64,000 nt of DNA, from NCBI RefSeq assembly GCF_009914755.1, contig NC_060925.1; one strand, written 5' to 3'. The notes below the pieces were generated by a model. It saw only the letters and a program-made list of their open reading frames with translations, was not told the DNA's origin and ran no database searches. Origin of the DNA: the human T2T-CHM13v2.0 reference genome, Homo sapiens. Shown piece by piece: positions 53,843-64,000 of this stretch. Each line of letters opens with the position of its first letter. The first letter of the stretch is position 1. The position numbers were made by a program, and so were the translations under genes.

Positions 53843-55305
53843 ATGTCCCTCTTTGTCTTTTTTAACTGCTGCTGCTTTAAAGTTTGTTTTGTCTGATTTA
53901 AGAATAGCTAGCTACTCCTGCTCACTTTGGTGTCCATTTGCATGGAATGTCCTTTTCTACCCCTTTACCTTAAGTTTATGTGAGTCCTTGTGTTTTAGGT
54001 GAGTCTTTTGAAGGCAGGGGATACTTGGTTGGTGAATTCTTATCCATTCTGCAATTCTGTATCTTGTAAGTGGAGCATTTAGGCCATTTACATTCAATGT
54101 TAGTATTGAGATGTGAGGTACTATTCCATTCATTGTGCTATTTGTTGCCTGAAAACCTTGGGGTTATTTATGTATTTATTTATTGTATTTTTGTTTTATA
54201 GGTCCTGTGAGATTCGTGTTTTAAAGAGGTTCTGTTTTAATGTGTTTCCAGATTTGTTTCAAGATTTAGAACGCCTTTAGCAGTTCTTATAGTGCTGGCT
54301 TGGTTGTGGTGAATTCTCTCAGCTTTTGTTTTTGTGAAAAACACTGCATTTTTCCTTCATTTAGAAGCTTAGTTTTGCCGGATACAAAATTCTTGGCTGA
54401 TAATTGTTTTGTTTAAGGAGACTTAAGATAGGGCCCCAATCCCTTCTAGCTTGTAGGGTTTCTGCTGAGAAATCTGCTGTGAATCTGATAGGTTTTCCTT
54501 TACAGATTACCCGGTGCTTTTGCCTCACAGCTCTTGAGATTCTTTCTTTCATCTTGACTTGAGATAAACTGATGACTATGTGCCTAGGCGATGATCTTTT
54601 TATGATGAATTTCCCAGGTGTTCTCTGAGTTTCTTGTATTTGGATGTCTGGATTCCTAGCAAGGCCACAAAAGTTTTCCTCAATTATTCCCCCAATTATA
54701 TTTTCCAAACTTTTAGATTTCTTTTCTCCCTCAGGAATGCCAATTATTCTTAGGTTTGGTCATTTAACATAATCCCAAACTTCTGGAGGCTTTGTTCATT
54801 TCTTAAAACTCTTTATTTCTTTGTCTTTGTTGGATTGGGTTACTTCTAAAACCTTGTCTTCCAGCTCTGAAGTTCTTTCTTTTGCTTGTTCAGTTCTATT
54901 GCTCTGACTTTCCAGTGCATTTTGCATTTCTCTAAGTTTGTCCTTGATTTCCAGAAGTTGTGATTGTTTTTGTTTTTTATTTATGCTATCTATTTCACTC
55001 AAGAATTTTCCTGTTATAGGCTGTATCATGTTTTTTTATTTCTTTAAGTTGGACTTTGCCTTTCTCTGGTGCCTCCTTGACTAACTTAATAATCAACCTC
55101 CTGAATTATTTTTCTCGCAATTCAGAGGTTTCATCTTGGTTTGGATCATTGCTGGTGAGCTGATATGATCTTTTAGGGGTGTTAAAGAAACTTGTTTTGT
55201 CATATTACCAGAATTGTTTATCTAGTTCCTTCTTATTTGGGTAGACTATATCAGAGGAAAAATCTGGGACTCAAGGGCTGCTGTTCAGATTCTTTTGTCC
55301 CACGG

Positions 55306-55600
55306 AGTCACTGGGTTTCAGATGTATATACAAAACTGCCTAGTTTGAATGACAGCTCAAATTCAATATGTATAAAATCAAACTTAGCCTCTTCCTCTTC
55401 TATTGTCTTAGTGAAAGATACTTTCACTAACTCAGTTGCTGAAGCCAGAACTAAGAAGCCATCCTTGACAACTCTCTCTCCCTATACCTTCCCATGTTCA
55501 ATCTATTACGAAACTCTGTTGATTTTATCCCCTAAGTATACTTTATATCTATCTAATTCTCTTCATATTCACTATTGCTTCTATAATTCAAAATTAAATG
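55306..55600 (+). mobile_element. L2 fragment (continuation of L2 at about 48.8-49.64 kb)
   Basis: CTCAGTTGCTGAAGCCAGAACTAAGAAGCCATCCTTGAC...AATCTATTACGAAACTCTGTTGATTTTATCCC. Confidence 0.7.
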
Positions 55601-56359
55601 ATTATAAAGTACTTAACACATATTACTAAATTCTGGACAATAATACTTAATAAAATATGCAAAATATAAAGTAAAATAACACATGAATCCACTTGCCATT
55701 TTCTTAATTTCAAAAAAAAAATATATATATATATACCAATGCTCAGCCCAAGTGCTGCTTGTGGGGGAAAATTCAAGTTTAAATCCAAGGCATCATAGAG
55801 GACACAATGTGATTGAAACAAATTTAACAAACTCAACTTATTAGAAAATGGAAGGTTCATCATTCCTGTGTTTGGCAGCCCTCATAAAACCTTTCCTGTT
55901 ACCTTAGTGGAGGTGGAATTTGGAAATTTTGTTTAGAAGGAGCAATAGGAAGTAGAAGGTTTTAGGTTCAAATACATCTCTCTAATTTGCAAAGTAATTT
56001 ATGAATGTTTAATTGTCATCTCAAGAGGTAAATGTATCCTGAACATAAAGAGAAGAAATAATTTTATTGGAAAGCTCCATGTATAACACAATCCCTTCTT
56101 CACTCAACAGCATCATTTAGCATTCAAGTCGACAACAAAGACCTGATACATTTTAGCTTCAAAGTTTTGCTCTTAACCACTGTGCTCTACTATACTACCT
56201 GCCATTCAAAATAACAACTTGTGAACCAAAAACAAGGATCAGAGACAAGGCAGAAAATAGTGTCATCAACTGTTGAATATGCCATGCAGGGTTGATAGGA
56301 CTTAGTCTTCAGCTCATGGGAAACATGTCCTTGGCTGTCCAAAAATAATACATCCTTTT

Positions 56360-56846
56360 GGTAACAGTCAAGATAGGCTGCCTCAGTAAAAACAGCCCTC
56401 AGGTTTTCAGTGATTTAAACAGCAACGGCTTTATTTCTCATTACCACTCTACAAGTTCATTGTTGTTCTCTTTTAGAAAGTGAAGCTAAGGAAGCCTCAA
56501 TCTCTTTGATTTCACCATTGCTGAAGCAGGAAAAAAGGGAGATGACAAAAGTGTCCTGACTTAAAGTTTCTGTCTAGAAATGACATAAATCATGTCTACT
56601 CACATGGTCCTTTCCAAAGCAAATCCTCACAAAAGGGGTAGGAAAATGTAATTCTACCTTGTGCCTGGAAGGAGCAGAGTAAGGCATATTTGATGAATGA
56701 AACTAATACCTCGAAAAGACCTTGAATCGGAGGACAGAGTTAAGCCATACCCAGTTTCCTGACCCACAGAAACTGTGAGATAATATATGTTAAGTCAGTT
56801 AAAAACAAACAAATAAACCAACAAACAGAAAAAACTAATGACTACA
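56360..56846 (-). mobile_element. MLT1J/K-type MaLR LTR (interrupted at 56708-56831)
   Basis: CAGTCAAGATAGGCTG...CAGTGATTTAAAC...GGAAAATGTAATTCTACCTTGTGCCTGGAAGG...ACTAATGACTACA. Confidence 0.7.
56708..56831 (+). mobile_element. Poly(A)-tailed retroposed MLT1 3' fragment
   Basis: TTAAGCCATACCCAGTTTCCTGACCCACAGAAACTGTGAGATAATATATG then A-rich tail; TSD AAACTAAT (56700-56707, 56832-56839). Confidence 0.7.
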
Positions 56847-56859
56847 GTAATAACCACAA

Positions 56860-57840
56860 CTTTACAGAATATTGGGGTCCTAAATCAGAATGTTGTTGCA
56901 ACATCCAGTGAAAGATAGGGAGGCCCGAAGTCTACCCTGTGTATATTCCTGTGTGCTGTCTAACCTGTGGCTGCTCTGTGCATCAGGACAAGCATGGTAA
57001 TAAGCTGAGTATGAGTTGAAAGTTGCTTGGTACTCACCAAGGTAGGGCAATGGGAATCAGTTACCTGGTTCAGACATTTCATAATTTTCAATGGAGATAA
57101 TTTAAAACACCCATTTCCACGTTGTATTTTACCATGGATAGAATAGATTAAACCTCTGACATTCTCTCCCCTGGATATTGTTGGCACAAACACCTCACTC
57201 TTTCTTATGAATGTCCCTCAAATCTGCAAATCTGCATTATTCTGGAAGTTAATTATTTTGCTGATCAGGCCAATGGTGAACAAAATTTTCTCTGGTCACC
57301 AAATTCACCAGGCAATGCTTTTTTTTTTTTTTTTTTTTCCTATGGGTTAGGGTTGACACAAACCCAGTACTGAGAGTTCAACTGTCTTCTCAGCCTTAGC
57401 CTAGGAAGGTCAGGATGAAATACTCCAGATTCAAATGTGTGCCTAGACCAGTCCTCTAAACCAAGGGTAATGTAGAGGAGACTGTAGAAACTGGGCTTCA
57501 CATACAAACAAATAATTTATTTGGACTGTTGTAAAAGCATTAAGCTAATCCTTAGGAAATAGGGAGGTATCACAGCTGTCACTTGAAAATCTGTCACCTC
57601 ATGAGGGGAGCCTCATTATTACAGAGTATTTTACTCTTATCATTAAAGAAAATGGGCCATACCATTCCTCAGGAGGCTGTCCTAACTCATTCTGTGTGTC
57701 CTTGGACAGCCTAAGGCCATAATCCTCACCTTGCTGAACCTGAGAGATCGGGGGTAGGAGGAGCACAGGCTTCCTACCTCAATCTTACTCATATGTTTTA
57801 TGTTTTAAGCAGTCTCTGCAGTGGAAAGGTGCCATACTTC
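56860..57840 (-). mobile_element. Probable MaLR/ERVL internal sequence relic
   Basis: Adjacent to MLT1 LTRs; composition and motifs resemble MLT-int; weak recall-based match. Confidence 0.35.
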
Positions 57841-57848
57841 TGTGCACT

Positions 57849-58331
57849 TGTTATGGGTAGAATTGTGCCACTCCAAAACGTTATCAAAGTCTTAACTCCC
57901 AGCACCTGTCCATGTGACCTACTTGGAATTATGATCTTTACAGATGATCAAGTTAAGATGAGGTTATTAGTGTGGAGCCTAATCTAATGTGATTGATGTC
58001 CTTCTAAAAAACAGAAATTTGGACACAGCAGCAGACATGCATTCAGAGAGAACAGGCAGGTGAACATGAAGGCAGAGATCAAGATGATGTATTTACAAGG
58101 CAAAAAATACCAAAGATCGCCGGTAAACCCCAGAAGCTAGGAGAATAGGCATGAGACAAATTCAGTCTCTGGGGATGGTGGGGGACCAGACTCAGCCCTC
58201 AGAAGGAATCAGCCCTGCCAACACCTCGATCTCAGCCTTCCAACCTTCAGAACTGTGAGACAATACATTTCTATTGCGTAAACTACCCAGTTAGTGGTAT
58301 TTTGTTTCAGCAGCCCTAAGAAATTAACACA
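57849..58331 (+). mobile_element. MLT1C-type MaLR solo LTR
   Basis: TGTTATGGGTAGAATTGTG...CAGCAGCCCTAAGAAATTAACACA; exact TSD GCACT (57844-57848, 58332-58336). Confidence 0.92.
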
Positions 58332-59299
58332 GCACTGCAAGTCCATGTCTCCCTGAAGATGCTAGGCCTGATAACATTGAGATTTCATTTGCCTGGAGTT
58401 CATTTTCTTAAAAAAAGCTGTCTAGGCCCATCCAATGATTTCAGTTAATCCTGCTTTGAAGTCCTATATTTTTCCTTCAGAGACCAGATTTTTCTGTCTC
58501 ACATACTGAGATCCAATAATATCACTATTTCAATAAATATGGAAAATTTTCCTGAAACAGGACTCTTTGATGACATAATTATAGAAATCTCTATGAAAAA
58601 AACAAAAAATACTCAGTAATATGAAAATTGAAATTATATTGGTGACAGTCTATTGCACACAGCATGCTTGAGATTATATGAGCCAATGAATTTAGCTATG
58701 AATGTTTAAAAGGCCTTGTCCCATTTAAAACAGTTTGGAAAAGCAATGGATTGCATTAAACAATATAATAATATGAAAAGATTAATATTATCCAGATTAC
58801 TAAACTAATACTGAAGAAATTCTCTTTAAATAGAAGTATTCTAGAAAGTTTCTAGAAAAAAATTCCATTGGTTATAGTTTTTGTGTTTAAAGTCCTCTCT
58901 ACTCCATGGAATGTAAACTTATCTGCAGGTTTCATTCAAAATTACATAAAGCAGTATAAATAAATATGTCTATTACAAATATTTTATTGCTATGTCTTTA
59001 TGGATGGTTTCAGGGAGAAGAAATCCTGTGGACTGTAGATTGTGTTTAGTACAGGAGGCATTTTCCCCAAATCTGAGTTTCTCTTTTCAAATCACTACTG
59101 GAGACCACTTGTTAAGTATCAGATTGTGATAATCGGATCAAAAAATAAAATATGTGTGTTTACTCAATCTAGTGTACATCAAGACTCTCTCTCTCTGGCC
59201 TGCCCATGCAGTCAGAGTCCTGAGTGCCAGTATGTGGCCCACCACTGGCAATCCCACTGTCTGCTGCCTGGCTTCCCCCCAGAATTAAAGCAGCCACTC

Positions 59300-59515
59300 A
59301 CCTGGCTCTGTGTATTGGTTGAGGAGGCAGGACTTCACTGGCTGGGATTAGCCTCTATGAACTGACAATTTACTACTTGTATGACCTGAGTTGAGTCACC
59401 ATATGAAAACTGAGGATAATAATAGTATCTACTGTTATGGGTTTTATGATGATTAAATGAGATAATATAAAACGATTAACACACTTCAAGGTATATAGTA
59501 AGCACTGAAATGTAT
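59300..59515 (+). mobile_element. MIR SINE
   Basis: TGAAAACTGAGGATAATAATAGTATCTAC...GATTAAATGAGATAAT...ATAGTAAGCACT. Confidence 0.75.
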
Positions 59516-59754
59516 CAACTCAAATTATCATCCAATATTTACTAATCTCCCATCTTGTCAGCCACTGTGCTGGGCTGGAGGGACCTGAAATGAGTTCATC
59601 ATTGGCATGAATTAATCACAAGCTCAGCCGTTTCAAGGAAATATTTGTGCCTAACACATTAGATTGTAACTTTTCTTGTATATTACAAAACCAGAGCTTA
59701 AGTTTTATCACAGATGTAGACTAATAAAAGTATGTTCATAGAAAAATGAGTGGC

Positions 59755-60020
59755 AGGACACTGTAGTGGCTGAAAGCATGAGCTCAAACCAGACTGCCTG
59801 GGCTTGGATCTCAGCACCTTTGCTACTTTGTGTAATCTTGGGCTTATTTATCTTCTCCGTACTTTAGTTCCCACATTTATTAAAGAAGAGATTATAATAC
59901 TACCTACCTCACAGGATTATGCAGAGAGATAAACAAATGTACAAAAGTAAATGTAAACAAAAGCAAAATGCCAAGAACAATCTGGGCACATAGAGAGTGT
60001 GTTACGAAGTGTCTGCTAGC
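59755..60020 (+). mobile_element. MIR SINE
   Basis: CCAGACTGCCTGGGCTTGGATCTCAGC...ATAATACTACCTACCTCACAGGATT. Confidence 0.8.
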
Positions 60021-60137
60021 TCTATTGTGGACTAAATCAAAGGCTACACACAGAGGAGATACAATTAAGTCATCCTGAGGAGAATAAGGACTTCTGAAAG
60101 AAGTTTGAGAAGGGTTTGGAGGAATAACTAGAAAATG

Positions 60138-60327
60138 GGCTGGGCACCGTGGCTCCTGCCTGTAATTGCAACACTTTGGGAGGTGGAGGTGGGAGGATAG
60201 CTTGAGCCCAGGAGTTCAGGGCTGCAGTAAGCTATTATAGCGCCACTGCACTCCAGCATGGGGAGAAGAGCAAGACTCTGTCTCAAAAAAAAAAAAAAAA
60301 AAAAAAAAAAAGAAGAAGAAGAAAAAA
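60138..60327 (+). mobile_element. Monomeric AluJ/FRAM-like SINE with long A tail
   Basis: Single arm of about 146 bp then A28 and (GAA)n; TSD-like AGAAAATG / AGGAAATG. Confidence 0.88.
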
Positions 60328-60624
60328 AGGAAATGGGCAGGTGCAGACTTAGGAGAAAGGATGTAATGCATTTTGGATAGAAGACAGTGTGTGCAAAGGC
60401 AGACTTTGAATAATGTAGTGTAAAGCAATAGCAAATAATTCCATGGTTTTGGAGCATAGGAAGCTCAGTGCAAGAGGTAGATGGTAGGAATTTATGTTAA
60501 GAAGCAGATACCAAATAGATACACTGCAGAATGAACATTGTATGATCCCCTCAGAAGTGCAAATTTTATTTCATTAGTGATGGGGGTACCACCAAAGGTG
60601 TTAGGGCAGGAAAAATGCATGTTG

Positions 60625-61490
60625 AGTTATTATTCAGTAAATATTTATTGAGTGCCTTTTATTTTAAGCAACGTGGATACAGAGAGTAATAAGTGAGACC
60701 AGTTCCTTTTTGTTCAGAAATCTGCATTACAGTAATGGCAGAAAGAAAATAAACAATGTGAAAATATATTAAGAAAATGTTCGATTACATAATTACAGAG
60801 GATGAGGATGATACGATGGATCACAGGGAATTGGGACTTTTTATACTGAGTGGTCAAGAAAAGACTCTCTGAGAATATAATATCTGGGCTAAGACCAGAA
60901 GAAAGAGCAGGAGGCTTCCATACAGGGAGAGAAAGGGATCAGGCCAAGGGAAGAGAACAGCAAGCATGCAGGCCTTGAGGTAGCAAAATGCCCAGTGTGT
61001 TCAAGGAACAAAAACGAGGCCTCCTATGGCTGGAGCCAAATGAGCAATGCGTGTGGTAGAGACAACAGCTGCCCATCAAAGATCTGTGCTTCCCCTTCAT
61101 AGTGTGGAATTATAGCTAGAAAGCCACTGTCCAACCAGTCAGTCACCTCCCTCCCCTCTTGCATCTTGATGGGGCCATGCGACTAGCTTCAATTTGTCAG
61201 CTGAGTATCCCCAGGTCAAACCTGGAAGCTTCTTATTGAGGGTGGAAGAGCTTAGTCAGGCTGGGTTTCTGAATGACTGGTTGGAACAGAATCCTGTTGT
61301 CCTACCTTAGATTGCTAAATGAGCAAGAAATTAGCCTTTTTGTGTGTTAAGCACTAAAATATTGTTTGTTATAGCAGATAGCAATACCTTAACTAGTATA
61401 TGGGGTAACTGGTATAAACTGAGGTCAGAGAAAGACTAGATCAGGTAAGGTTTTATAGATCTCAGCAAGGAATTCAGAGCTGTATTTTCA
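60625..61490 (-). mobile_element. L2a LINE (interrupted by MLT1)
   Basis: ATTCAGTAAATATTTATTGAGTGCCT...GAGAACAGCAAGCATGCAGGCCTTGAGG...GAGGTCAGAGA. Confidence 0.8.
61052..61400 (+). mobile_element. MLT1H/I-type MaLR solo LTR
   Basis: TGTGGTAGAGAC...GGGGCCATGCGACTAG...TTGTTTGTTATAGCAG...AACTAGTATA. Confidence 0.75.
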
Positions 61491-62869
61491 GGTATCTCTG
61501 TGAACAGTGTCCTATAAAAACCTCAAACTCACATAATAACTGAACTTACCATTTTTCCTCACCCCTACTTGCTTTCCCTCCTGTATTTCCTCTTTGTTGT
61601 GAATATAAAATTATTGAAACTTACTGATTCTCTACAGAAGAGAGAAAGATTAAAGGAAGGAGAACACAGTGAGAAGAATACATACAGGAAGCATCTCCAT
61701 GAGAGAAGAAAGCAGTGTGGTATATCAAGAATTGCATTGACTTAATCTTTATTCTCAGACGTTTTGAATTCCAATCCTGGTTCTACCACTTACTGGCTGA
61801 AAAATGGTGGACCATTTACTTAATCTCTTGGAATGTCATTTCTATCACATATGTACTGGAATGTGTTCTAACCAGAGTTTCCATGTCTAGGCCAACAATT
61901 AGCCACAAGTGATAAATTGTAATTGACTGCTCTGATATAACTAAATGAGTCACAAGATATTATCTATTCAATTAAAAAAATTAAAAAATGTCAAAATATT
62001 TTAAATATGTCAGGGATTTTTCTTTCACTTTACTTAAAAACATATGTGATTCTGAAGATACTATGTATAGTAGCATACAGGATATATAGTATAGTATATA
62101 TAGGTCTTATTTATTAAATTATTAAACGCATTTTTTCCTGGTCTCAAATCATGAATGGCCTTGGTGACCTCAGAGCTAGTGATTTCAGAACTTAATGTCA
62201 AGAAATATTTCGGTGTAAAGCTTGGGTAAAGCATTCCACCTTTTTCTACTATCTGGTGATTCATTTAAATGCCTCATATGTACAGTGACCATCCAGATCT
62301 CTGCAGTGTTAAGAGGCCCCACGGGTACACAAGCAGGGAGAGGTGTCTTTCCAACAATTCTGAGTTGCAGACAGAAAGTTTTGCTTTTAGAAAATTATAT
62401 TTGGGATCCTAGAATTTAAGTTTATACCATTTTCTATTATCCAAGCCAGTGTTGTTATTTGGGAAACAACTGTTTAGCCAAGGACATTTGATAAATAAGT
62501 TGTCTTCGGTATCAGTTAAAAACCTAAGTAGTTCAGAAGGTAATTCCATCAGATAGCTGTTCTAAATGCTAATTAGAAATTTGTGTATATTTTACATTTC
62601 TGACTTTGGTTTACATACATTTTATTATTATATTAAACAATGCAGTTAACTATATAATCTTTTAGGGTTTCCTGGTACTAGTAATTTTCTTCATCTTTTT
62701 CCTTCTCCCTCATTCTCCTCCTTTGATCTTGCTCAGGTTAGCATAAAGAAATCTGGGTTTTCTTTGTGGCTTTTCTACTAAATTGTGATGCAAATGTGAT
62801 CAAATTTGATTTTAAATCTCTGGACTTTGGTCTCTTCACCTATTGATTGTAAGACCTTTCTAAGCCTTA

Positions 62870-62945
62870 GTATACATACTTACATATATACATACATACA
62901 TACATACATACATATCTATATATAGGTATAGACATAGGTATAGAT
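62870..62945. repeat. (TACA)n / TA-rich simple repeat
   Basis: tacacatacatacatacatacatacatacatatctata. Confidence 0.85.
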
Positions 62946-62994
62946 TTTATTTTAAGAATGTCCATCATGGGCAAATGAACAGAGAGAGAGTAGA

Positions 62995-63220
62995 ACAGAG
63001 TATATAAGAGCACATATTTTTGGAATCAAATGCAGCAAGCTCAAGCTCCATCTCTGCCAAGAACAAGTTGTGTGGCTTTGGCCAAATTACCCTCCCGAAG
63101 CCTTATTTCCATCAACTGTAGAATGTAGATAAAGACATTACCTAACTTATAAGGTTGTGCTTGTTAAGTAGTGAACTTACTTCAGTGCCTGAAAGAGAGT
63201 AAGTACCCTTAATTATTAGC
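62995..63220 (+). mobile_element. MIR SINE
   Basis: TGTGTGGCTTTGGCCAAATTAC...GCCTTATTTCCATCAACTGTAGAATG...TACCTAACTTATAAGGTTGT. Confidence 0.75.
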
Positions 63221-63886
63221 TCTTGCAACTATTATTCATAGGGACCCTTCTGTGTATGGATCCACTGTGAAAAAAGTGAAAAAAGAAAAAAAGTCTACTG
63301 TGGGTAGGTTCAATTCCTGGAACACAGTTTAGCCAGCGAATGGCACCTTTGTGCCAAGGAATGAGCATCCCTCCCTTTGGGCACAAAATCCTATAGGAGG
63401 TCCCAATCATTAGGGGTAATTGCAAAGCAGACAGACTCAGTAGAACTGAACGTACCATGAAAGGAGGAGCAGTGAAATGAAAACACAGACACTTTGCAAT
63501 CTAGAATGTTCTATCTTAAAATGTTGAAAGAGAAAGCAATTATTTTACACAACTCTCTCATCTAATTGAATCTCCTTCGTGTTATCTTTTAATCTGAGTA
63601 GGTTAGAGAAAAAGAAATGATAGTAAGAGCAATATGTCTATTACTGATGAACCTAATGAACTAGAAATTTTGCTGTACAAATAAATGATGCAAACTGTAA
63701 TCATTTTGAATTCAAAAAAGAAAATATTTCTGAATTATACTGTTTTCTTAATAAAAGTGCCAAGTTGAAAATAACACATAAGACAGGCATGGCTTATATG
63801 TGAAATACGAACATTGTCAAAGCACCTCACCCCGTTGTTTTCTGTAAAGAAAATAACTATTTATTTTTCCTGTTTCCTGATGATGC

Positions 63887-64000
63887 TGTGGTAGGTAGAA
63901 TTCCTAAAATTCCCCCACCCAAAGATGTCCCACTCTAATTCCAGGAAGCCATGAATATGATGAGCTATCTCTTCCATAATGAGGCCATAATATATGGCAC
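63887..64000 (+). mobile_element. MLT1D/E-type LTR 5' part (runs off window)
   Basis: TGTGGTAGGTAGAATT...CCCAAAGATGTCCCACTCTAATTCCAGGAAGCCATGAATATG. Confidence 0.75.

Larger units (their letters stand above)
49654..55305 (-). mobile_element. L1PB (about L1PB1): 3' UTR, ORF2 and ORF1 remnants, 5' UTR truncated
   Basis: 3' end TTTTATTTCAATAGGTTTTGGAGGAACAGGTC; ORF fragments IVGDFNTPLTALDRSSRQK (EN), [30 protein letters not shown] (RT), KGKPIRFTADFSAETLQARRDW (ORF1); inserted in an L2. Confidence 0.95.

Noticed and set aside
63300-63325. GGTTCAATTCC B-box/tRNA T-loop-like motif
   Set aside because: No cloverleaf, A-box or acceptor stem around it

Overview
Primate (human-like) genomic DNA, AT-rich and dominated by interspersed repeats: two long minus-strand L1s (about 10.15-16.1 kb and 49.65-55.3 kb), older L1M/HAL1/L2/MIR/CR1 relics, Alus, MaLR/ERVL LTRs and a full-length Tigger2 DNA transposon. 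No intact multi-exon or long protein-coding ORF is present; the supplied ORF track is almost entirely transposon debris or chance. Main non-repeat content: (1) an ancient, apparently full-length processed pseudogene of ATF5 on the minus strand (about 38.63-40.57 kb) retaining the uORF2-bearing 5' leader, spliced CDS remnant, 3' UTR, AATAAA and poly(A) remnant; (2) a repeat-free island at about 21.4-25.3 kb with a dense cluster of candidate micro/cassette exons (several with UC-rich/UGC acceptor context and RBFOX motifs on +, plus competing candidates on -) and a thrice-repeated CAAATTGAAG motif with hairpin potential. The host gene could not be identified from sequence alone. Several local rearrangement scars (templated insertion, dispersed duplication, retroposed poly(A)-tailed LTR fragment) are directly visible. 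Repeat subfamily names and the ATF5 comparison rest on recalled consensus sequences, not on a database search.
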